A stretch of DNA of 63,045 bases, the filler included, from Chiloscyllium plagiosum (lineage: Eukaryota): NCBI RefSeq assembly GCF_004010195.1. It is 5 parts of one record of this genome, joined end to end, with 100 filler letters (N's around TTAATTAATTAA, not from the genome) between each part and the next. Parts side by side here need not be neighbours in the genome. Positions count along the whole stretch, not along the records: positions 1 to 18,824 come from NC_057717.1; positions 18,925 to 39,498 come from NC_057717.1; 3 more parts are not named here. The stretch is one strand, 5' to 3'. The notes under the pieces are model-generated. The model did no database searches. It was not told the DNA's origin and saw only the letters and a list, made by a program, of their open reading frames with translations. Position 1 is the first letter of the stretch; every line of letters starts with the position of its first letter. The translations under genes and the position numbers were made by a program. This document shows, one piece after another, positions 12,615 through 23,391 of this stretch.

Positions 12615-14215
12615 AGAACCAAAAGAACTGCAGATGCTGTAAATCACACACAACAACCAAAAGATACTGGAAAAGCTCAGCAGATCTGGCAGCATCGGTG
12701 AAAATAAATCAGTTCGCATTTTCGATCCAGTGACGCTTCCTCAGGAACTGATGTTACTGAGAAAAAATGTCTGTTTTTATGCAGAAGGTAGGGGTTAAGG
12801 AGTAAATGATAGGTGGGGATAGAGTCCAAAGAGAGAGATAGGAGCAGTTGGACAAAGGAGTGGATAACGATCTGACGGGGGGAGGGTGAATAGCTGTTTA
12901 TGGGGACTGGTAGTGGCTAACCATAGGTAATGTGTCATGGCAGGCTACGTAATAACAAGGCCTGGTATGTGGGGTAGGGGGCAAAGACACTAGGACGTGG
13001 GAGAGTTCAACACCTAAAATTATTGAATTTGATGTTGAAGCCAGAGGGTTGCAGAGTCCCCATGTGGTGTTGTTCTTCTAGCTTGTGTTAAAGTGTGGCG
13101 CTGGAGAAGCACAGCAGGTCAGGCAGCATCCAAGGAGCAGGAGAATTGACGTATTGGGCATGTCAGCACTTCATCAGAAATGTGGGTGGTGGAATACGGC
13201 TGAGAGATAAATAGGGAGGGGTGTTTGGGGTTGGGGGAAGGGAACTAGGGAGGCAATAGGTGGTTATAGATGGAGCGTAGTGGAGGATGGAATGGATAAT
13301 TGGGAAGGAAGATGGCCAGGTGGGACTGTTCAAGAGGCCAGTGCCGAGTTGGAGGGTTGAATCTGAGATAAGGTGGGGGAGGGGAGATGAGGAAACCTTG
13401 ATGCCGTGTGGTTGAAAGTTCCCAAGGTGGAAGATGAGGTGTTCTTCCTCCAGGTGTCGGGTGGCTCGGATTTGGGGATGGAGGACTTGCATGTCCTTGG
13501 CAGCATGGTGGCGGAGGGGGTGGGGGGTAGCCGAAATGGTCGGCCACAGGGCGGTGGGGTTGGTTGGTGCATGTGTCCCAGAAATGTTCCCTGAAATACT
13601 CCACAATTTGGCGTCCCGAGGGCAAGGGACACAATAGGTGAGGTGTTTGGGTGGGCAGGGAAATCTCTGTTGGATGTGGGAGGATCCAGTGGTTCCTTGG
13701 ATGGAGGTGAGGGGAAGGTGTGGGCAAAGGTTTTCCACCTCTTGCAGTGGCAAGCGAAGGTGCCTGGAGTGGAGGGTGGGTTGGTGGGGAGTGTGGATCT
13801 AACATGGAAGTCACAGAGGGTATGGTCTCTGTGGAATGCTGAAAGGGGTGGGTAGGCAAATATATCTCAGGTGGTTGGATCTGATGGTGGAAATAGCAGA
13901 GGATGATGCGTTGTATCTGGGTGGAAGGTGAGGATGGTGGGATTCCATCTTTGTTGCATTTGAAGGGGTGGGGTTCAAGGGCAGTGGTATGGGAAGTGGG
14001 GGAGATACACTGGAGAGTATTGTTGACCACATGTGAGGGGAAATTGCAGTCCTTGAAATAGGAAGCCATTTGGTATGTTCTGAAGTGTTCTTCCAGCTTG
14101 CATCAAGTTTCACAGGAACACTGCAGTAAGCATGAGACCGAGATGTTGGACAGGGAACAGTCTTGTGTGTTAACGAGCAGGCAACTGGAAGCTCAGGGTC
14201 TTTTTTGCGGCGCAA
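12615..14215 (-). mobile_element. Nested Penelope-like retroelements (younger 13093-14085 inside an older one); paralog at ~29072-30410
   Basis: Minus ORFs MASYFKDCNFPSHVV..., RFPC..HLTYCVPC, EHF...RPVADHF and LEEEHLIFHLG..QPHG match the PLE RT C-terminus and GIY-YIG endonuclease. Near-duplication TGTTCTTC(T/C)AGCTTG at 13071 and 14086. Confidence 0.8.
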
Positions 14216-14283
14216 TGTAGAACATCAGCCACCATTTCCACCACCGCCACTGAGATGCTAGAAGGTTCCTGTCTCCTCCATTA

Positions 14284-14637
14284 CATAGAACATAGAACAT
14301 AGAAGAATACAGCGCAGTACAGGCCCTTTGGCCCTCGATGTTGCGCCGATCCAAGCCCACCTAACCTATACTAACCCACTATCCTCCATATACCTATCCA
14401 ATGCCCGCTTAAATGCCCATAAAGAGGGAGAGTCCACCACTGCTACTGGCAGGGCATTCCATGAACTTACGACTCGCTGAGTGAAGAACCTAACNNNNNN
14501 NNNNNNNNNNNNGTGCCTCCACATCTTTCCTATAGTATGGCGACCAAAACTGCACACAATATTCCAGATGCGGCCGCACCAGAGTCTTATACAACTGCAT
14601 CATGACCTCAGGACTCCGGAACTCAATTCCTCTACCA
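14284..14637 (-). mobile_element. Young 5'-truncated CR1/HER1-type LINE present only in copy A
   Basis: (CATAGAA)n tail, CpGs intact, ATTA on both sides (14280-14283, 14638-14641). Copy B has the empty site CTCCATTAACAGC at ~30471. Contains a short N gap. Confidence 0.9.
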
Positions 14638-14741
14638 ATTAACAGCTTTCCACCTTCCCACTCCTTTATCTTTACAAATGATCCTGTGTCTCTTTGGGCT
14701 CTGTCCCCACCTATTATTTACTCTTTAACCCCTATCTCCTG

Positions 14742-14925
14742 TAGTCCAAAGATCTGTAGGTTAGGTGAATTGGCCCAGCTAAGTTTCCCGTAGTGTTCAG
14801 GGATGTGCATTAGTCCAGGAAAATGGAGAGTAATAGAGTAGGAGAATGGGTCTGGGTGGGATAAACTTCGGAGGGTGGGTGTGGAATTGTTGGGCCAAAG
14901 GGCCTGTTTCCTGAAGGGATTCTAA
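14742..14925 (+). mobile_element. HE1-like SINE 3' fragment; paralog at ~30580-30760
   Basis: TCCAAAGAT..TAGGTTAGGTGAATTGGCC...TTGTTGGGCCAAAGGGCCTGTTTCC matches the full SINE at 45935-46257. Confidence 0.75.
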
Positions 14926-15329
14926 TTTTCCCAGCTGTCATCGGTTCTGAGAAAAGGTCACTGGACCCATGATGACCCTTGGTGTGTACAGGAGGTGGAA
15001 AGGGGAGAGTGGCAGCAGAAACCGGATGAAATGTATCAGTGTAGACTGGGAGGGTTTAGTTACACTCTGTGCCAGTCGTTAGTCTGAATTAGAAACTCTT
15101 CGTCCCACGTTTGCAGCAAAGGGGAAGATGGCTTGGGCCTCAGGCAGTGAGAGGTCCTGGGTTATGGCCGCCATCTTTATTTGGGGCAAGGTACCGCAAG
15201 GAGCATGCACGTGTCCTCTTCCTGGGTGGGGGAGGGGTGATTTGAAGAGGAGCATTTACACCTCAAACACTTACCAAGAGAAGTGTTTGCCTTCACTATT
15301 CATTTTGCACTGACTGAGCTTTGTTTTGT

Positions 15330-15495
15330 GAATTCATTTTATTGGATATTAGTTGAGAATAATTGAGACTGGGATCTCAATAAATAAGTTTCTACAGTCA
15401 GCGGAGTCATCAGGATCTGAATATCATTGGCATTTAACTGTGGAACGAGAAAGGTTTGTCCGTTCTGTCTGTGGGAAAATATCTTCAATATTTTT
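15330..15495 (+). pseudogene. Degenerate C2H2 zinc-finger gene exon remnant; paralog at ~31170-31330
   Basis: Translates ERFVRSVCGKI (copy B ERFVCSV), resembling F-x-C-x2-C-G-K. Shares TCATCAGGA.CTG.ATAT with 23219 and GATCTGAATATCATTGGC with 34011. Confidence 0.35.
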
Positions 15496-16244
15496 GTCAA
15501 GCCAAAAGCAGAAAGGTGTTCAAGTTCATGGTTGGATCACCCTTGGGGTATGTGTTCAATTCTTGGCCCTGTAGCTGTGGAAGGAGGTATTGGCCTGAGA
15601 GAGAGCACAAATTTATCCAAATTACACCTCGTCTTTTTGCAGGGATTGTCAGATTTAGTCTCAATCATCCACTTTATAATGTTAATCTGTAAACTCCCGA
15701 CTTCCAGTTCTCTGCAAATTTCTCATTTAAATTCCTTGTGGACTCAAATTCCAGCACCATTTCAGGTGGAACATTCCAGATTCTGACAACTGTCTGTTCA
15801 TTCAGAAACTGCTGAAGTCCATTTTGACTCTGGGGTTACAAAGGGCTGAATTGAAAGATGAGATGCTGATCCTGTGCTCCCATTGAGGTGCATTGGAACA
15901 GTACAGGAGGCTGAGGGCAGTATAGGTGTGAGCAGACAATGAAAATGACAGGGCTGCACTGAGTGCTGCTTGGCTCAATGAGAGTGTTTTGCAGTTGGGT
16001 GTAAATAGTGAGGTGAGACAGGGAGAAGGTGAAGCTGAAACTCAGTTTTAGTTCAGGCCTTTCAGAAATTCAGTCCCAATGGGAATAGCCAATTTGTCAG
16101 TATTTACGTTTTTAAAGTTTGACATATCCGCTTAAGTAAAGATGTTTTTTTGTTATTATACTGGACATGTTTGAAGTGAAGGAAGGTTGCTCACTCATTT
16201 AAATTCTCTTAATGGGAGTAACTAGATGAATGTAGAGAGATGTT

Positions 16245-17097
16245 GTGACAGGAGCCCTCAGACCCGTGGTGTGCTCCTCTTGCACAATGTGGGAAATAAG
16301 GGACGCTTCCAGTCTCCCTGACGGCTATGTGTGCAGGAAGGGTTCCCATCTGCAGCTATTGGGAAACTGCTTTTCAGAGCTGGAGCTGAGAGTGGATTCA
16401 CTGTGGAGCATCTGCAATACTGAGAATGTTATGGACAGCATGTTTAGTGAGTTAGTCACACTGCAGGTGAGGGTTATGCAGGCAGAAAGGGAATGGGTGA
16501 ACATCAGATCTAGTAAAAGGCTCAGGAAGCGAGTACAGGAGTCCCCCGTTGTTATCCCCTTCTCATACAGCTACTGTATACCGCTTGGGATTCTGTAAGG
16601 GCCGGAATGGGTGGGGTGGTTTCTCGGGAAATCAGCAACAGCCAGGTTCATGACACCACAGAGACCTCTGCTGATCACAACAAGAGGACTGAGTGGCAGG
16701 GCTATAGTGACAGGGGATTCAATAATCAGGGGTACAGCCAGGCACTTCTGTGCCCACAGACATGAATCCAGGATGGTATGTAATCTCCCTGGTGCCAAGA
16801 TCCATGATATCATGGAGTGGCTACAGGACATTCTGGGGCTGGAGGGTAAACAGCCCATGGTCGTGCAACACACAGATACCAACGACATCGCTAAACAGAG
16901 GGATGAGGGCCTGAAAGCTGGACATAGGGAGAGCAGAGATGCATTAAAATGTAGCTCCTGAAATGTAATAATGTCAGACTTACTCCCAGTGCCATGTGCT
17001 GATGAGAAGGTAGATCAGCTGGATGTGTGGCTGGGGAAATGGTGTACCAGAGAAGGGTTTTGATTCTTCAGGCACTGGGACTGTTTCTGGGTTAGGT
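16245..17097 (+). mobile_element. CR1 LINE ORF1 remnant (zinc finger/leucine zipper plus SGNH esterase)
   Basis: CSSCTMWE...YVCRK..HLQLL...SELELRVDSL, then IVTGDSIIRG, LPGAKIHDI and HTDTNDI. In-frame stop and frameshifts. Confidence 0.88.
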
Positions 17098-17597
17098 NNN
17101 NNNNNNNNNNNNNNNNNNNNNNNNNNNNNNNNNNNNNNNNNNNNNNNNNNNNNNNNNNNNNNNNNNNNNNNNNNNNNNNNNNNNNNNNNNNNNNNNNNNN
17201 NNNNNNNNNNNNNNNNNNNNNNNNNNNNNNNNNNNNNNNNNNNNNNNNNNNNNNNNNNNNNNNNNNNNNNNNNNNNNNNNNNNNNNNNNNNNNNNNNNNN
17301 NNNNNNNNNNNNNNNNNNNNNNNNNNNNNNNNNNNNNNNNNNNNNNNNNNNNNNNNNNNNNNNNNNNNNNNNNNNNNNNNNNNNNNNNNNNNNNNNNNNN
17401 NNNNNNNNNNNNNNNNNNNNNNNNNNNNNNNNNNNNNNNNNNNNNNNNNNNNNNNNNNNNNNNNNNNNNNNNNNNNNNNNNNNNNNNNNNNNNNNNNNNN
17501 NNNNNNNNNNNNNNNNNNNNNNNNNNNNNNNNNNNNNNNNNNNNNNNNNNNNNNNNNNNNNNNNNNNNNNNNNNNNNNNNNNNNNNNNNNNNNNNNN

Positions 17598-18824
17598 CAA
17601 TACAGCGCAGAACAGGCACTTCGATCCTTGATGTTGCGCCAACCTGTGAACTATTCTCAGCTCATCCCCCTACACTATCCTGAAATCACCCATGTGCTTA
17701 TCTAAAGGATTGTTTAAATCTCACTAATGTGGCTGAGTTAACTAGATTGGTAGGTAGTGGATTCCATGCCCTAACCACTCTGAGTAAAGAACCTGCCTCT
17801 GACATCTGTCTTAAATCTATCACCCCTCAATTTGTAGATCAGATGTTCGGGGTAGATTCTTTACTCAGTGAGTCGTGAGTTCATGGAATGCCCTGCCAGT
17901 AGCAGTAGTGGACTCTCCTTCATTATGGGCATTTAAACGTGCATTGGATAGGCTTATGGAGGATAGTGGGCTAGTGTAGGTTAGGTGGGCTTGGATCGGC
18001 GCAACATCGAGGGCCAAAGGGCCTGTACTGCGCTGTATTCTTCTATGTCCTATGTTCTATGTACCCTATCTAAGCCTCTAATCATCTTGTATGTCTCTAT
18101 CAAATTCTCTATTAGCCGCCTTCTTGCCAATGAGAACACGTTCAAGTCTCTCAACCTTTCTTCATAAGACCTTCCCTCCAGACCACACAACATCCTGGTA
18201 AATATCCTCTGCACCTTTTCCCATGCTTCCACATCCTTCCAGAAATATGGGCATCAGAACTGCGCACAATATTCCAAATATGGCCGCATCAGTGTTTTGT
18301 ATAGTTGCAGCATGATATTGCGGCTCCAGAACTCAATCCATCTACGAATGAAACCTAACACACTGTTTTCCGCCTTAACAGTATTGTACACCTTGGTGGC
18401 AACTTTCAGGCATCTATGTACATGACCTCCAACATCCTTCTGCACATCTACACTACCAAGAATCTTTCCATTGACCCAGTACTCTGCCTTCCTGTTATTC
18501 TTCACAATTTAGCTGCATTGAACTCCATTTGCCACCACTCAGCCCAATTCTGCAGTTTATCCAAGTCCCCCTGCAACCTGTAACATTCTTCCACATTGTC
18601 CACTACTCCACTGACTTTCGTTTCGTCTGCAAATTTACTAATCCATCCACCTATGCCTGCGTCTAAGACTTTTATAAAAATGACAAACAGCAGTGATCCC
18701 AAAACAGATCCTTGTGGCACACCACTAATAACCGCACTGGAGGCTGATTATTTTCCATCATCCACCACTCACTGCCTTCTTTCAGAAAGCTAGTTTCTAA
18801 TCCAAACTGCTAAATCACACTCAA
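17598..18824 (-). mobile_element. CR1 LINE 3' half (RT)
   Basis: PQGSVLGSLLFVIFI, SKFADETK, LYKTLMRPYLEYCAQF, EKVQRIFTRM. Confidence 0.92.
17839..18062 (+). mobile_element. Young CR1/HER1 3' end nested antisense in the older CR1
   Basis: Near-identical to the reverse complement of 14284-14494. Ends GGGCCTGTACTGCGCTGTATTCTTCTATGTCCTATGTTCTATG. Confidence 0.88.
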
Positions 18825-18924
18825 NNNNNNNNNNNNNNNNNNNNNNNNNNNNNNNNNNNNNNNNNNNNTTAATTAATTAANNNNNNNNNNNNNNNNNNNN
18901 NNNNNNNNNNNNNNNNNNNNNNNN
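18825..18924. other. Assembly spacer N44-TTAATTAATTAA-N44 (also 39499-39598, 50671-50770, 57757-57856)
   Basis: Four identical 100-bp blocks. The 12-mer gives stops in all six frames. Confidence 0.92.
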
Positions 18925-21900
18925 TTTTTTCCACAATATCTTTGACAGTCAAGAATTCTTTTTTCCAATAAGCGAGTGCATTTTCCTTCAATTTCTGACA
19001 GTCAAATTCTGCACCATTTTCATTCCCTGTAATTCATATTGCACTCCCTGAAACATCAACTGTGTATTTCTACTTCCATAGAAACCAGTGATCAATGCCA
19101 AAGCCTTGTTGCCTGTGGAGCGGGTGATGTCTGACTTCCTCGTACTGCTGCAGTTTGTATGGTGAAGGTGCTCCCACAACGTGGTTGGGTAAGAGACATT
19201 AAAGATTATTCGCTCAGCGATATTGAAGAGTTGAAGGTATCTGTACAAATCATCATGGTTTTAATTTCACAAAAGTATTATTGAGAACTTTTGACATAAG
19301 GCTACAGATGGAGAATATTGTGTCCAGTCACCGAAACCATTGCCAAATAAGCAGTTTTTCAAGAATGCCTTAAAGGAAGAAAGTAGATCTTAGAGGATTA
19401 GAGTGGGGATTCCAGACAATGTTCCCTTGGAGTCTATAGAAACAGTCACACAGGTGAACTCAAAAATAAGCACATCATTGAGAGTCTGAACTAAAATGAG
19501 TCATTGAGATATGAAAGGGTGTGTGGTGCAGGGAGATAGGAATGCTTACAGCCAGGAATTAATTCAAAGGTGCGAAAGTAAATTGTTGCTGCTTATAAAT
19601 GGGAGTCTTTTGATCGATCAGCAAGTTTTGGGACAAGTGAGCACTTCGGCAGTAGAGTTTTCAATATTCTTGAGATTATCGGGAGGGTTAATGTGGGATG
19701 CTGGCCAGGAGTGGGTTTAGATAATGAAATCTAGACTTAACAAAAGGAATGAATGAGAGTTTCAGCAAATGAGCTGAGACTGTGGTGAGGTTATCACTGA
19801 AGTCGAAATAGTCTTGGAATGGGTCTTGGAGTGGGTCTGGCATCCTCACCTCATTCAACTGTTTGTCAGTTTGTGAATCAAGTCTGTAACAAGCTCAGAA
19901 ACTGAGTGGCCCTGGCAGAACCCAAACTGGGCATCGCTGAGCAGGTTATTGCTGAGCAGGTGCTTGACAGCACTGTTGATGACACCTTCCATCACTTCAC
20001 TGCTGAGCGAGTGTGGACTGATGGAGGGGAATTGGCTGAGTTGGTTTTGCCCTGTGTTTTTGAGTTGGAACATCCCTGAGCAATGTTCCACAAAGTCAGT
20101 AGGTGCCAGTGCTGGAGCAGTACTTGCCTTGGTGGGCAGCAGGTTCTGGAGCACAGCCAACAGTATTATTGCCTGAATATTGGCAGGGCCCATAACTTTA
20201 CACTGCTTATCCATTTCTTGATCTGATTTGAAATGAGTTTTCAACCAAGTCGATTCATAACTGTGATGTCAGGGACCAATGGAGAAAGCTCATTCACTTG
20301 GCATTGCTAGCTGAAAATCGCTGCTCGTGCTGTCCTCTTATCTGTTGTATGAATGTGTGAGACCCCTCCATCAGTAAGGGTGGGGATATCTGTGATGCTT
20401 TCTCCAGTGAGTTGTTTAATTGTCCATCACTATTCTTGACTAGGTGTGGCAGAACTGCAGAACTCAGATCTAATCTATTGGTTATGGGATTACTTAGTTC
20501 TATTTGGTGTTGCTTGTGCTGTTTGGCCATGCAGGTTTGGTAGCTGCACCAGGTTGGCACCTCATTTTTAGATATGCCTGGCACTGCTCCTGGTATGCTC
20601 TCCTGCATTCACCATTGAACCAGGGTTGATTCCCCTGGCTTGATGTTAATGGTTGAATGTGGGATATCAGGCCGTGAGATTTCAGGTTGGGCTGGAGTAC
20701 AGTTCTGCTGCTGTTGTTGGCCCACAGTGAGGCAGAAGTTGCAGAGTCAAGAGGGCTGATTGTGTGGTTGTATTTGCTAGTGCAATTGGTAGATGTAATG
20801 TGGTCCATCCAGTTTCATACCTTTGTTGAGACTGTGCAGTGATTAATACAATGAGTGATTTGATGGGCCATTGACGGGTTTCTTTAACTCAAGGACATTG
20901 TCAATGGCAGAAAAACATCCCCAATGATTCCATGGCAAACAGTAGATTCTTCATTCCAGTTATTTTTTTCTTGACTACAGAGCCACCCTCTACCGTTTTG
21001 GGATTCAAACCTGAACTTCAGTTGTATATTTTAATATTCTTGATAAATGATAAATACGACAGGTTTATTCACTTATTTTTAGAATCGCTATCACAGGTTT
21101 TGTTTATTGTTTTGGAAATAAAAAAAAATGTCCATTATCCTGTCTCCTCCATCCGCCCCTCCAACAACAAGAGTGAGGAGCACATGGAGTTTCTCTGTCA
21201 ATAACATTGAGACAATCCTATCAGCTACCTCTGCTTCTTTCCTCCCTCTCCACTTGGCCACCGAGCCAAACTGCCTCACAAGGGTGCTCCTCATTTTAGA
21301 TCTAAACTTGCATTTCCTAGAGTCTCTTGTCAAGCCTTATTAGAGGTCATCTTGACCATTTACCCTAGTGTAGCTAAATCATGGACATTCAAAATCGCTG
21401 TCTCATCCTCCTGCTTGTCACTGCTCCCCCCTCCCCACCCGCCACCCCCTCCCCCCGCCCCTCACCTTGCCAATTCACAGATATTGTTCCATGATCTGTC
21501 TGTCTGCCTTTTATGGTTATGTCCTTCTCTCCCATTCTGCTAAAACCTAATATTTAACCTCACCATCATTGGAAAATCCTGCTCCATCTCCACTCTCCCT
21601 TTCCTTTCTGAATTCATTGTATTTGGTGTCCCTCCAGGATCTATCCTTGGTCTGTCCTGTTTCTCACCTACATACTGCCAGGAGGTAAAATCGCCCAAAA
21701 GCACTGTGTTAGGTTTCACATGTACACTGACAATGTCCAGCTCTCCCTCCCCATCATCCCTCTCCATTACTCCACTCTTACTCAGTTATCAAACTGCTTA
21801 CCACGCATCGATTAGCTGCAATTCACTCCAATGAAACACTATAACTGTTAAACCCATTGCCTTCAGTTGCTATTCCAAATTCATTTCCCTTACTGCTGTG

Positions 21901-23309
21901 TCCCTCCCTCTCACTGGGAAGTGTCTGAGGCAGAACTACATTCTTCACAATATTGCTTTCATATCTGACCCCAAGGTGACATCTGATCAGACATCTACAC
22001 AATCACAAACACCAGGAATTCCAATTTCTAAAATTTTGCTTGTCTCCTTCTCATCCCAGCTCCATTGCTACTGAAACCCTAACCTGTGTCGGTGTTGTCT
22101 TTAACTTGACAAATCTGAAACAGAACCCTTGATTCCGCGACTGACCCAGAATCTGGTTCAAGACTCACCCCTAATGGGACACATCCTCTCCATATTTACC
22201 CTGTCAACTCTCGACAGAATCCTGTATGTTTCAAAGAGATCACCTCTCATTCTTCCAAAGTCCAGTGAGTAGATTACCAGCTTATTCAGCCTTTGCTTAC
22301 AGGATAATACCTTACAGGGATCATCCCAATGGATCTTTTCTGAAATGCCTCCAATAAACTGCTCTATTTTGTTAACTAAAGCGACCAAATCTGTTCACGT
22401 TACTCCAGATGTGATCTCACTCGCCATTTGTTTAGTTGCCCTAAGGTATATACTGCAAACTCTTATATTGCAAACTCTTTGAAATAAGGGACAGCATTCC
22501 ATTCCCCATCCTGATTCCATGTTGTAACTGTGTGCTAGCCTTCTGTGTTTCCTGCTCATTTTCCCCCAGTCCCTTTGTGGTGCAGCTTTCTACAGTTTAT
22601 CCTAAGTTATACCCTATTTTCCAACTTGTTGCCCACTTTTCCTTTTGAATATCTCTCTGTAAACTGTTTATAATTCTTTTGGAACTTTCCTGTTATGCCT
22701 TTTCTAGGAGATTTCCCTCCTCATTATTCGAAACATGTACTGTGAGCACTGGGCAGTGGGAAGCACGCGCAGTTGCTATCTTTCAGGGATACTCTGTTTC
22801 ATGACTGGGAGGAGCTTGCTGCCCATTGGTCAGAATGGAGATATCTTGCCCATCAAGCTGCATGAGCCTTTCCCACCCCATGTCTTATTGAGGAGGCACA
22901 GCGGCAGAACGGAAGGAAAGAAAAGGAAGCAAATCCTGCTCTCCATATCTCACTGAATCTTGGGACATTCTGTCCCATGTTCAGTCACATGAAGTCCCAA
23001 GGTGGAAACTCGTAGAAACCCACATAGATTTGCCCTTGAAGTGACTGCTAACCTCCACCAGGGGTAATGTGTACAGTCATCCTGGGCCAGGAGGAGGGTA
23101 TTGTATGAGTTTCAAACTTGAACTGACAGTGACGGATTTTATAAACTTGTATTACAGGCAGATATTCAGATGGTAATCTCAGTCATTGTAACGCCAAACT
23201 CTGACAGAATTACTCCATTCATCAGGACCTGGATATTCATATTGTGTGAGAGTATTGCTGAATAAAAGTTCTCCTTTGAATCAAACCACCCTCTCAATAT
23301 ATCTTCCCA

Positions 23310-23391
23310 AATCTTCAACATGTGTCCTTTAATCCTTGTATAATGAGCTGAATCTTCAACATGTGTCCTTTAATCCTTGTATAATGAGCTG
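23310..23391 (+). repeat. 41-bp tandem duplication
   Basis: AATCTTCAACATGTGTCCTTTAATCCTTGTATAATGAGCTG occurs twice in tandem. Confidence 0.9.

Larger units (their letters stand above)
3922..17097 (+). repeat. Tandem segmental duplication, copy A (both ends at N gaps)
   Basis: Colinear high similarity to 19045-32943 from TCCCTGAAACATCAAC to GTTTCTGGGTTAGGT. Paired ORFs in the track, e.g. 5875/20932, 8877/25152, 16245/32241. Confidence 0.97.

Noticed and set aside
13245..14069. 274-aa Pro/His-rich ORF as a host gene
   Set aside because: It is a frameshifted read-through of a decayed Penelope-like ORF.
18869..18880. TTAATTAATTAA palindrome, four copies
   Set aside because: Always centred in exactly 100 bp of N padding, so it is a scaffolding linker and not biological.
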